A DNA stretch of 64,000 bases from Chiloscyllium plagiosum (taxonomy: Eukaryota): contig NC_057749.1 in assembly GCF_004010195.1 (NCBI RefSeq), positions 18,965,538 to 19,029,537 of the forward strand, read 5' to 3'. How positions within the stretch are numbered: position 1 is the stretch's first letter; every line of letters begins with the position of its first letter. This document shows positions 39,140 through 50,790 of this stretch, one piece after another. The position numbers and the translations under genes were made by a program. A model generated the notes under the pieces. It did no database searches and was not told the origin of the DNA. It saw only the letters and a program-made list of their open reading frames with translations.

Positions 39140-39875
39140 AGCTCCCCTGTGTAGATTGTGAAGAGCACTACATTTCTTGGCGTACACCTGGCGGAGAATC
39201 TCACCAGCTCAACATTCCTCGACACCAGCTCCTTAGCCAAAGAAAGCCCAACAGCATCTCTACTTACTGCGTAGGTTGAGGAAAGCCCACCTCCCACCCC
39301 ACATCCTCACCACATTCTACAGAGGGCATTATTGAGAGTACCCTGAGATGCTGCATCACTGCCTGGTTCAGGAACTGCACCGTCTTGGATCATAAGACCC
39401 TACAATGGATAGAGAGGACAGCTGAGAAGCTCTCTTCCCTCCATTACAGACATTTATATCACAAACTGCATCCACAAGGCTAACAGCGTTGTAGCTGACC
39501 CCACACATTCCTCACTCAAATTCTTCTCCCTCCTGCCAACTGGTAGAAGATACCAGAGCATTCGGTCTTTTACAGCCAGACTGTACAACAGTTTCTTCCC
39601 CCAAGCCATCAGGCTCCTTAACACTGTGTGATCGCACTCTATTCTATCTGCAATTCTTTCCATGTCTTTGTCCACCACTTGCTTATTGTTTTGTCTTGTC
39701 AGGAATTATTGTGCTATCTTGTGTGTTTTGCACTTTATGCTGCCCTGTATGTGACTGCACTCTCTGTAATGTGTGTCATCCATGTTGCACCTTGATCCTG
39801 GAGGAATGCTGTTCTTGTTTTTACTGTATCAGTTGTATATGGTAGAAATGATAAATAAAGCTACTCTTGACTCTG
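39140..39875 (+). mobile_element. Rex1/Babar-clade LINE 3' fragment
   Basis: Frameshifted translation FLGVHLAENL...KKAQQHLYLLRRLRKAHLPPHILTTFYRGIIES...CITAWF...LLPTGRRY...YNSFFPQAIRLLN, then 3' UTR with aataaa. Confidence 0.85.
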
Positions 39876-40923
39876 ATACTCATATTTCCTTTTTGCACAA
39901 TCATGTCAATGTTCTGTTTTCATTCTTCATTCAACCTGAAAACGTATGAATCTTGCACATCCTTAGTTTCTTTCATTCTATCATCACAGCTGCAACCTCT
40001 GCTGCTAAGACCCTAATCTGGAGTTCCTTCCCTAAAGTTTTCTACATCATTTACCCTCTCTTTCATCATTTAAAATTACTTGTTTGACCAAGACTTTGGC
40101 CACCTGAATTAATATCTCCTTATGCAGTTCAATGTCAAATTGTGTATGATAACTCTCCTGTGAATTACATCGGAACGTTTTACCATGTAAAACTCTCTAT
40201 GTAAATGGATGTTGTTCCAAGTTATCCATTCATGGGATATGGGTATTGTTGAGATATTGTCCATTCTTAATTTCCTTGGAGAAAGTGGTGGTGAGCTGCT
40301 TCCTTGTCCTGCTGCAGTCGTAAAGGTGTAGGTATGCACACAATGCTGTTAGGTTGGCAGTTCTGAAATATTGAACCAAGAAAATACATTTCATTAGAGG
40401 CTATAAAATGTAAAATGCAGATATTGTAAGTACTGGTATATCGTGCACTTTTAGACACTCCAGTCATTGGGGTTCCTGTGTTTACTCTGTATAGTTCTGT
40501 TGGAATTTTATAGGTTTTTATAAGATTCCCCTAATTTTTCTAAACTTGGTGAATTATGGCTGTACCTGATCTAATCTGTCTACATATGTCAACGGAGTAA
40601 CAGAGTGGCCAGATCTCACTACCACCACCACCCTTCCCTTCCTCTCCCTTTCTTATCATTCACTTGCTTTCCTTTCTCCTTTCCTTCCTCTGGTTTTGAA
40701 CCTGATTGCAGAAATTATATTGAAGTCATACTTACAGTTCTGCAGGTGGACTTTGTCTTGTATTCTGTCTTTTTACTAGTTACTACTGTCTTTCCAAAAC
40801 AGTAGTAAATCCTAGTTCTGGTAAGGCTTTATTATTTTATCTTAGAAGCAACATTCTTTTAAATCAATCATGTTATTTTCCTGCCAGTGTTGAGTTGTAA
40901 TATAATTCCCTTTCTATTTTCAG

Positions 40924-41034
40924 GGCGCTTTTCCTGCTCGTTTGAAAAAAGTATTCATTGTTGGTGCACCTGTCTGGTTTCGATTCCCATATTCTGTTCT
41001 AAGCTTGATTCTTAAAGAAAAGCTTCGGGAAAGA
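40924..41034 (+). CDS. PTPN9: Internal exon of PTPN9-family phosphatase (GAFPARLKKVFIVGAPVWFRFPYSVLSLILKEKLRER)
   Basis: Acceptor tttctattttcag|GGC, donor AGA|gtaagt; 111 nt, phase 0 to 0; CRAL-TRIO FPARLK...AP.WF signature. Not in the ORF track. Confidence 0.96.
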
Positions 41035-42689
41035 GTAAGTATTTTGCAAACGTTCCAGTAACTATATTTCCCAATTTTGATGGCTGTAATTTGGACGTGT
41101 ATATTTACCTAATGTTCTGTACTGATCTGTGACTTTTGAATGTGGGTAGTATGTCAGTACTGTAAACCATAATCCAGATTCACGACTGGGATAGCTGATG
41201 GGCCTGAAGGGCTGAGTGTGTTCAGAATTTGGACTGCACACCTATTTGTCTCTCAAACATTTGGCTGCAGAGGGACATTGTAAACTCTTAATAGCCTGTA
41301 GTATAAACCTAGTGTCTATTTTGTTTCTGGAACATAGTTACTGGTTGGAATAATGATCGACTATGCTCTGATCCACTACCTACCACACCAGAGCAACACA
41401 ACTAGGTTGGCCACGGTTCAGTAGACTAAGTGGCTTGTAAAATGATCCTGGTTATATGTGGAGCTGCTGTGGTTGCAACTGGAAGCATTTTGTATTAATC
41501 CAGAGTATGCACAGAATTTCAACCATGCACATCGTCTCTTCCTCCCGATAGATTTTTAGTCTGGTGCCCTTGATCTTGGAACTGAGCCCTCTGCATTCAG
41601 ACATTCCGTATAGCATCAAAGATATGAAACAAAAACAGAAACTGCTGGAGAAACTCAGCAAATCTGACTGCCTCTGTGGAGAGAAAGCAGACTAAACATT
41701 TTGAGTTGAGTGGCCCTTCTTTAGACCCGTCAGTTTTAGTTTAGGTTCAATAATCATTTGCAATCCACAATTTTCAAGCCACAAACCTAACTAGGCAGTC
41801 AAAACCTGTCACTTGGATAATGGTTTCTCGTTCAAACTATCAAATTCCTACTTGATGCCTACAGGATAAAAGTTGCAAAGCATTGTAAGCATAGAAAGTA
41901 TTTGCGCCTTCTCAACAAAATAAGAAATCTTAATGAAGTTCATATAAACTTGTCATTGTGAACTTGTAATATTATCTCATTAAAATAATTATGCAAAACA
42001 TTAACCTATTATTTTGATTATTGATGAAAACTTAAATAATTGCAAAAAAATTTAATGTTTGGACTGGAAGGAACTGGGATAAATTGGTCAAGCATTGGAA
42101 GATAGCCTTTACAATGAGGACTTTGAACTTTGCCTTTGACCTGACAAATATTCATTAATTGTGACTGATAGCAGATCTGGCAAATGGGATTTAAAGATTG
42201 AAAATCTTTCAGGTTGAATGGATGATACTTCAGTAGTGGGAGAACGTTTTTTAAGCATAAGGCTGGAAATGGAATAAATCATCTCCATGTGTTGTTCAGC
42301 ATAAGAGAAATTCCTTAACACCAAGGCTTGTTGGAGTGTGTGTGCTGAGGCAGAAACATTACAACTTTTAAGAGAAAATTGGTCAATATTTGAAGCAGAG
42401 AAAGAGGAAAGGTAATGCAGGAATTGGAGCTAGTTTTGCATTAGTTGAAATTGTGCTCTTTAAAAGATTTGGGAAGTGGCGTTGCCTTATAGGTCCTTTG
42501 GCCAATGTACTGATATAGCAAATGCAGGAGGTCATCTTCCGTTCCACTTAGCAAAGATAAGAAGATATGGATTAAGTGCCTTAAAAAAAAAAATGCCTGA
42601 GCAACAGTGAAGTTTTACAAAATTAGAACAAGATGTGGTAAGTTAGAGTAGGGGAAAAAATTAGCAGTTCTTTTTAGCAGAAATTCTTC

Positions 42690-43600
42690 ATTAACTATCC
42701 AGTCAAGAATCTGAATTATTGCCCAAATAATTCAACTCTTCATAACCCTAAACTCCTTTGTTCATCAAAAATCTGTCCATCTCAGAATTCAATATATTCA
42801 ATAAGCCAGCATCCATGGCTTTTGAGAATTTCTCTTGATTTCAGGCTTATATAGAAGATCCCTTACTTTTAAAACCGTGCCCCCTCATTTTAGACTGCCC
42901 ATGAGAGGAAACATCTTCTGAGCATCTACCCTGCCATATTCCCTCAGAATCTTATGTTTCAATCAGATCACATCTCATTCTTTTAAATTTCAGTGGATAT
43001 AGGCTCAGCCTGCTTAACCTTTCCTCATTAGACATCCCTTCATCCTTGTGATCCTTCACTGAATTATTTGTAATACCTGTATATCCCTTCTAAAGCAAGG
43101 AGACCAATAGTGTACACATTACTGTAGTTATAGTCTTACCATAGCCTGTACTCCATTCACCTTGCAGTGAAGGTCAACCTATTATTTGCCTTCCTGGTTA
43201 CTTGCCATATCTGCATAATGATTCAGTGAATCATTTAGAAGGTCATCCAGATCAACTGTACATCAGCATTCTGCAACCCCTCTCCATTTAAATAATATGC
43301 TGCTCTTCTATTCTTTCTTATAAAATAGACAACCTTACAGTTTACCACATGATTTTCTATTTACTAAATGTTTGCGTAGTCACTTAACCTAACTATGCCC
43401 CTTTGTAGATTCTCTGTCCTCACAACTTGCTCTCATAGTTATCTTTGTATGTTCAGCTGATTTGACTACAATACAGTCAGGCTATTCTCTAAATTATTAA
43501 TAGAGATTGTAATTGATCCTTGTGGCACTCCACTAGTTACAATTTGCTAAGTTGAAAATGCTGCATTTAATCTAACTTTGTTGTCTGTTAGTTAACCAAT
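42690..43600 (-). mobile_element. Old CR1-type LINE 3' region
   Basis: Homologous to 24945-26040 (agcatctaccctg, ggagaccaa...tgtacaca, ctctccatttaaataatatgctgct). Confidence 0.65.
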
Positions 43601-44089
43601 CCTTTATCCTCTCTATTGTATCTCCCCCAGCAACATAATTCTTGGCTAGCGATGGATTTGGATCACAATGTACATTGTGCTTCAGTTTGATGAAATGGCA
43701 GGGTGAACAGATTTCTAAAAAATATTATATTAGTTCCCATAAGACTTTGAGGGCATGGCCTCTTGACCTCCCAGTTTGGATGCTGGGATAAGCCCCATTG
43801 AACAAAATTTTGCCCCAAGTTATCATTTATCAGTAACCTGGTCAGATGGATTAATTTAGGAAAGGATTGTGAATTTGTTAAAGGCAAATTTTCTTGTTTT
43901 TTTTTATTAATGCGGTTGATGTGGACTTCCGAAAAGGCTCTTGATAAAGTACCAAATAACTAACTTGTGTGTAAAGCTAGAACCCAAGGGACAAAAGGGA
44001 TAATATCGACTGGGGTGTGAAATGAGCTGAAAACCAATAATGGTAATGGTGGATGTTAGTTTTCAGATGTGAGGAAGGTATACATTCGT

Positions 44090-44697
44090 ATCCTGCCACC
44101 TTCAGGAATTGCAAAACACGCGTCCACATCTCCCCCCTCACCTCTGTCCAAGGCCCCAAAGGAGCCTTCCGCATCCATCAAAGTTTCACCTGCACTTACA
44201 CACATGTCATTTACTGTATCTGTTGTTCCTGATGCAGTCCCCTCTACATTGGGGAGACGGGACGCTTACTCGCAGAGCATTTCACAGAACATCTCTGGGA
44301 CACCCAGACCAACTAACCCACTGCCCTGTGGCAAACACTTCAACTTTAACTCCCCCTCCCACTCCTCCATTGCCATTCCCTAACCACCCGATGCTGGAGG
44401 AAGAACGCCTCATCTTCCGCCTTGGGATCCTCCAACCCCATGGCATCAATGTGGATTTCACCAGTTTCCTCAGTTCACTTCCCCCCCACCTTATCCCAGA
44501 TCCAACCTTCCAACTCGGCACCACCCTCGTGACCTGTCCTACCTGTCCATCTTCCTTCCCATCTATCCTCCCCTCTGACATATCACCATTACCCCCACCT
44601 CCATCTACCTACTGAGTGCATCTTATGATAGGCATGGCTAGCTCCTCGGATGCTACCTAACCGACTGTGCTTTTCCAGCACCACATTCTTCAACATT
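44090..44697 (+). mobile_element. Penelope-like element (Neptune-type) GIY-YIG and terminal region
   Basis: NCKTRVHISP...VIYCICCS*CSPLYIGETGRLLAEHFTEHL, LEEERLIFRLGILQPHGINVDF; ends about 90 bp before the exon acceptor. Confidence 0.85.
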
Positions 44698-44786
44698 GCA
44701 TGAAACAAGCAAATTTATACTTTTCCATGTGTGCCCACTGTAATATGTAAGGACTGGATTGATTGATTCTTATGTGTATATTGCAG

Positions 44787-45106
44787 GTGCAAATGGTAAA
44801 GACACACGAGTTGAAACAACATCTGCCCAGGGACTGCCTGCCCGAGCATTTGGGCGGGGCAATGAAACTAGACCATTCCAGCTGGAACAAACAGTTTTTA
44901 ACCTCTCCAAATGGCCGCACTGACTCACTGGACGAGCTCATCACAGGTTTCCCGCGGGATGAAGTGTCCATACATGTGCCAGGACTGGAAGGAATGACGG
45001 TGGAAGAACTGTTGGACCACGTCAATACTGTTCAGAAAAGGGGAATCTATGAGGAATACGAGGACATCCGACGAGAGACCCCGCCAGGCACATTCAACTG
45101 TTCATT
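44787..45106 (+). CDS. PTPN9: Internal exon of PTPN9-family phosphatase: end of Sec14 domain (LPEHLGG), linker and lead-in to the PTP domain (QKRGIYEEYEDIRRETPPGTFNCS)
   Basis: Acceptor ttgcag|GTG, donor TT|gttagt; 320 nt, phase 0 to 2; lies within ORF 44763..45221; matches recalled PTP-MEG2 HLPRECLPENLGG and GIYEEYEDIRRE. Confidence 0.95.
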
Positions 45107-45559
45107 GTTAGTTTACTGTTTGCATGTCAACTTAAAAAAAGTGTTCTATCATGAGGACAGGTTGCATAAAAGGGGCTTTTATTCCCATCAGTATAGAAGA
45201 TTAAGGGATGATTGCATTTAGGTGGGTCAGGTGATTAAAACTTTGACAGAGTAGACAGAGAAACATATTGGGAGTCCAAAACTAAGGAAAATAACCATTA
45301 AATTTGATTTTGCTGCTCAGGGCTAATGTTCTTCTTTGCGCTCAGAGGGTAATGGAAATCTACATTCTACCAAAATAATGGTAATATAGCTGGAAGCTTT
45401 TGTTCTGATGTCTGTAGCCATTATGAATGCTTGGCTGGTGCAAAATGTGGTAATGGTTTCAGTCCAGCAGGTGGCCTTTTAATCCAAGAATGACTGAAAC
45501 GTTTAAGAGACCGTGATAACAAAATATGTCTTTGATTTGGTTTGTGTTTTTTTTTTCCG

Positions 45560-47356
45560 TAGAGCTCAGGAGAATCCAAAGGGTAAATACAAATACATTA
45601 AGGACAAAAGAGAATAGGGCCCCTCACAGATCAGCAAGGCGGTCTTTGTGTTCAGCTGCAGGAGATGGGAGAGATACTAAATGAGAATTTTGCATCAGTG
45701 TTTACTGTGGAAAAGGACATGGAAGATGTTGAATGTAGGGAAATAGATGGTGACATCTTGAAAAATGTCCATATTGCAGAGGAGGAACTGCTGGGTGTCT
45801 TGAAAAACATAAAAGTGGATAAATCCCCAGGACCTGTTCAGGTGTACCAAGAACTCTGTGGGAAGCTAAGGAAGTGATTGCTGGGCCCCTTGCTGAGATA
45901 TTTGTATCATTGATAGTCACAGGTGAGGTGCCGGAAGACTAGATGTTGGCAAACGTGGTGCCACTGTTTAAGAAAGGTGGTAAGGACAAGCCAGGGAACT
46001 ATAGACCAGTGACCCTGAAGTCAGTGGTGGGCAGGTTGTTGGAGGGAATCCTGAGGGACAGGATTTCCATGTATTTGGAAAGGCAAGGACTGATTCAGGA
46101 TAGTCAACATGGCTTTGTGCGTGGGAAATCATGTCTCACAAACTTGATTGAGTTTTTTGAAGTAATAAAGAGGATTGATGAGGACAGAGCAATAGATGTG
46201 AGCAATATGGACTTCAGTAAGGCGTTCGGCAAGGTTCCCCATGGGAGACTGGTTAGCAAGGTTAGATCTCACGGAATACAGGGAGAACTAGCCATTTGGA
46301 TACAGAACTGGCTCAAAGGTAGAAGACAGAGGGTGGTGGTGGAGGGTCGTTTTTCAGACTGGAGGCCTGTGTCCAGTGGAGTGCCACAAGAGTTGGTGCT
46401 GTGTCCACTACTTTTCATCATTTTATATAAATGATTTTGATGTGAACATAGGAGGTATAGTTAGTAAGTTTGCAGATGACACCAAAATTGTAGGTGTCGT
46501 GGACTGCGAAGAAGGTTACTTCAGATTACAACGGGATCTTGATCAGATGGGCCAATGGGCTGAGAAGTGGCAGATGGAGTTTAATTCAGATAAATGCGAG
46601 GTGCTGCATTTTGGGAAAGCGAATCTTAGCAGGACTTATACACTTAATGTTAAGGTCCTAGGGAGTGTTGCTGAACAAAGAGACCTTGGATGCAGGTTCA
46701 TAACTCCTTGAAAGTGGAGTCACAGGTGGATAGGATAGTGAAGAAGGCTCTTTTATGCTTTCCTTTATTGGTCAGAGTATGGAATACAGGAGTTGGGAGG
46801 TCATGTGGCTGTACAGGATATTGGTTCCGCCACTTTTGGAATATTGCGTGCAATTCTGGTCTCCTTCCTATTGGAAGGATATTGTGAAACTTGAAAAAGC
46901 TCAGAAAAGATTTACAAGGATGTTGCCGGGGTTGGAGGATTTGAGCTAAAGGGAGAGGTTTAATAGGCTGGGATGTTTTCCCTGGAGTGTCGGAGACTGA
47001 GGGGTGACCTTATAGAGGGGCATGGATAAGGTGAATAGACAAAGTCTTTTCCCTGGGGTTGGGGAGTCCAGAACTAGAGGGCATAGGTTTAGGGTGAGAG
47101 GGGAAAGATATAAGAGACCTAAGGGGCAACTTTTTCAAGCAGACGGTGGCACATGTGTGGAATGGGCTGCCAGAGGAAGTGGTGGAGGCTGGTACAATTG
47201 CAACATTTAAAAGATATCTGGATGGGTATATGATAATGAAGGGTTTGGAGGGATATGGGCCAGGTGCTGGCAGATGGGATATGATTGGGTTGGGATATCT
47301 GGTTGGCATGGATGAGTTGGACCGAAGGGTCTGTTTCCATGCTGTACATCTCTATG
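45560..47356 (+). mobile_element. 5'-truncated CR1/HER1-like LINE ORF2 with 3' tail
   Basis: ANVVPLFKKG...PGNYRPV, QHGFVRGKSCLTNL, DFSKAF, GVPQ, KFADDTK, YCVQFWSP motifs across several frameshifted ORFs. Confidence 0.96.
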
Positions 47357-48469
47357 AAATGATTCAAGCTTGATCAATTGAAAACATTAGAACTGAGATT
47401 GACAGCAGCTTGATAAGTTGTTAAGGAACATGGAACCAAGATGGCCAGTTCGAGTTAATATACAGATCAGCCATGGTCTAATTGAATGATGAAGCATATA
47501 TGAAGAGCTGAATGGCTGACTCCAGTTTCTTTACGTGGTATGCTAGTTACATAGGAATAAATATTTTCTAATTAACCTGTTCAGATGTATTAAGACAGAA
47601 GTCTGGTGCTGGTGGAACATGAACTCACACTTCTGGGTTTAGAGGAAGGGACACCAGCACTGTGCCACAAAAGCCTTTTGTGTAAAATTACATGACTACA
47701 ATGATGTGCTCCTCTTTAACAGTTTGCCACATATCATGGTGTTAATTATAGTTCAGTCACCTATGTGTGCAGGGGCAAAATCTTGGGTCAGTTCAATATA
47801 ACAAAGGGCAGAGCTGATTTACTTAGAGGTGCCAGAATAGAGCACTGGTCAGTCAATCTCTGTCAGTTGATCTCATTTTATGGTTGCATTCCCTCGCTGC
47901 CTACATGCCTGTTATTGTACGGCTACACGACTTCCCCTTCTGGAAGCCATATGGCTAGTGAAAAGTACATGTTCCTAACTAGCTTTGGTAGCTTGTTTCA
48001 TTGTGTTTCACTTTGGTTCAGATGGAGTATCATTGCAGGGTAAAGGAGGTTTTGTGGTGGCAATGCAAACAAATGAGTAACCAATATCCTAGGCCCTGAT
48101 GTGTAAAGCCAGTATATTACAGAACTGGAAACATAAGAGTCTGTTCAGTGACTCTCGTCCATGAGCTCAGCTAGTCCCACTCTTCTGCCCATCCTCTTCA
48201 GTGGACCTGCTGTTTTCCTCCTTCAGCTATTAGTCTAATAATTCCGTGCAGGACAAAGAAAAATCACAAGAACGATGACGCACTCCACATCCAATTTTCA
48301 AGCAGGGCAAACCGACCAAGGGCTTTGGAAACAAATCACAGCTCAGTGCCTCCACAGCCAGCCAGCAGCATTATGGATATTCCAGAGACATGGATCCAGA
48401 GGCTGACTGCAGTGTGACATCATGAACTACAGCTTGAAGGATTAACAATGAGTGATGGAACTTGGGCTA

Positions 48470-49210
48470 TCTGGGGGAAAAAGAATCAAAAACGTACAAC
48501 TTTCATGCAGAATAGGAAAATGAATTTCTCTTCACAACTGTAAGAATTGTTTGCCTTGCACATCATCAAAGTCTATTGATAATTATAAAGGGAAATTTGG
48601 AACAACAAATGATGCAAAGTAAATTCGAGGATAGTTTTCCCCTTGAACAGCGTGCTTCAGGTGAAGAAGGTTGATGAGCTGAAAGCCATTTTGAAAGCTC
48701 ACTATCATTTTCTTCTAAACCAGCAGCAAATGGTAAGGCTTGCACGAGAGCCTCATTTCACATTTTCTGGATAAACATAAGTAATCCTTCACATATGGTG
48801 AAGTAATTAAAAAGTGACTGTGGTCACTAACTTGCTATTCAATGACTTTAAGAGCAGCGAAGAAATAATAACAACAAAGCATGTCACTTAATGCTTCCAC
48901 AGTAGAATCAGTGGAATCTTTGCCCTGAGGTATCGTTCAGCAACTATGGCAGACCTAGAGGACTGTGAATGATTCTCACTGCAGATTAAAATAGCTTAGC
49001 TGATTAGTTTTGAGTGCATGTTTTTTTTTGTGGACATAACAACCAGTGAGGATCTTCTCATCTTTTTGTCCCTTAAAGAAAGAGGTCAGAATATCTACAA
49101 CAAATTCAAAAGGTATATGCTTGAGAGAAACATTCCCTTCCAGAAACCAGTTTTCATCACAACTGATGGTATACCAGCCATGTTTGGTGCAAATGTGACT
49201 TGTGTTGCAT
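48470..49210 (+). mobile_element. Fossil hAT (Charlie/SPIN, EPM2AIP1/GTF2IRD2-like) transposase fragment
   Basis: Decayed frames KTYNFHAE*ENEFLF...KGNLE...SFPLNS...KVDELKA, GEVIKK, and EDLLIFLSLKERGQNIYNKFK...ITTDGIPAMFG (TTDGAPAM motif). Confidence 0.8.
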
Positions 49211-49211
49211 T

Positions 49212-50268
49212 TGGATCCTCCCTCCACTTCCTAGACCTCTCCATTTCTATCTCGGATGACCGACTCAACTCGGGCATTTACTATAAACCGACTGACTCCC
49301 ACAGCTACCTAGATTACACCTCCTCCCACCCTGTCCCCTGTAAAAACGCCATCCCATATTCCCAATTCCTTCGCCTTCGCCGCATCTGCTCCCAGGAGGA
49401 CCAATTCCAATGCCGAACAACCCAGATGGCCTCCTTCTTCAAAGACCGCAATTTCCCCTCCGACGTGGTTGACGATGNNNNNNNNNNNNNNNNNNNNNNN
49501 NNNNNNNNNNNNNNNNNNNNNNNNNNNNNNNNNNNNNNNNNNNNNNNNNNNNNNNNNNNNNNNNNNNNNNNNNNNNNNNNNNNNNNNNNNNNNNNNNNNN
49601 NNNNNNNNNNNNNNNNNNNNNNNNNNNNNNNNNNNNNNNNNNNNNNNNNNNNNNNNNNNNNNNNNNNNNNNNNNNNNNNNNNNNNNNNNNNNNNNNNNNN
49701 NNNNNNNNNNNNNNNNNNNNNNNNNNNNNNNNNNNNNNNNNNNNNNNNNNNNNNNNNNNNNNNNNNNNNNNNNNNNNNNNNNNNNNNNNNNNNNNNNNNN
49801 NNNNNNNNNNNNNNNNNNNNNNNNNNNNNNNNNNNNNNNNNNNNNNNNNNNNNNNNNNNNNNNNNNNNNNNNNNNNNNNNNNNNNNNNNNNNNNNNNNNN
49901 NNNNNNNNNNNNNNNNNNNNNNNNNNNNNNNNNNNNNNNNNNNNNNNNNNNNNNNNNNNNNNNNNNNNNNNNGCACCGCCTCCTTGACCTGCAATCTTCT
50001 TCCCGAACTCTCCGCCCCCACCCCCTCTCCGGCCTATCACCTTCACCTTAACCTCCTTCCACCTATCGTATTCCCAACGCCCTCCCCCAAGTCCCTCCTC
50101 CCTACCTTTTATCTTAGCCTGCTTGGCACACCCTCCTCATTCCTGAAGAAGGGCTTATGCCCGAAATGTCGATTCTCCTGTTCCTTGGATGCTGCCTGAC
50201 TTCCTGCGCTTTTCCAGCAACACATTTTTAAGCTCTGATCTCCAGCATCTGCAGTCCTCACTTTCTCC
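49212..50268 (+). mobile_element. Penelope-like element (Neptune-type), RT C-terminus, gap and terminal repeat
   Basis: LHFLDLSISI...IYYKPTDSHSYLDYTSSHP...IPYSQFLRLRRICS; terminus matches 15360-15467. Confidence 0.92.
49478..49972. other. Assembly gap
   Basis: Run of N inside the Penelope element. Confidence 1.
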
Positions 50269-50269
50269 A

Positions 50270-50790
50270 AGTCATATTGCAGCTGTGTAAAACTTTAGTT
50301 TGGCCATTTGGAGTATTGTGTGCAATTATGTTTGCCACACTATAGGAAGGACGTGGAGGCTTTGAAGAGGGGGCAAAAGAGATTTGCCATGATGGATTGC
50401 CTGAATTAGTTTATCAGCTGTGAAGTGAGGATGGACAGCTTGAATTGTTTTGACTATAGAGTGTTGGAGGCTGAGGGGCAACCTGGCAGAAATATGTAAA
50501 TTATGAGAGGCGTGGATAGAATAGATAGTTGGAGTCTTTTTCCCAGGTAGAAATGTTAAATACTATGTGCGAAGCAAGTTTTTTTTTTAACTCAGAGGGT
50601 GGTAGGTGTTTGGAACATGCTACCGGGGAAATGACAGAAGCAGATATGTTAGCAGATTTTAACAAGCATTTAGACAGACATGTGAACAGGTAGGGAACAG
50701 AGGGATATGGACCATGTGTGGGCATTGTGGTTGGCACAGATGTGGGCTAAAGGGACTGCACCTGTGCTGTAGTGTTCTATCTATAGTGAT
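50270..50790 (+). mobile_element. CR1 LINE 3' fragment
   Basis: ggagtattgtgtgcaatt, ggaggctgaggggcaacct and gagggatatgg motifs, plus tail. Confidence 0.8.

Noticed and set aside
44763..45221. 152-aa ORF as a stand-alone gene or extended exon
   Set aside because: Only 44787-45106 resembles PTPN9 and is bounded by splice sites; the extension reads into intron and a CR1 remnant (YHEDRLHKRG...RRLRDD)
13444..50199. Long ORFs of 170-390 aa containing X runs (13444, 13448, 22271-23429, 24055-24622, 49018-50199)
   Set aside because: Artefacts of translating through N gaps
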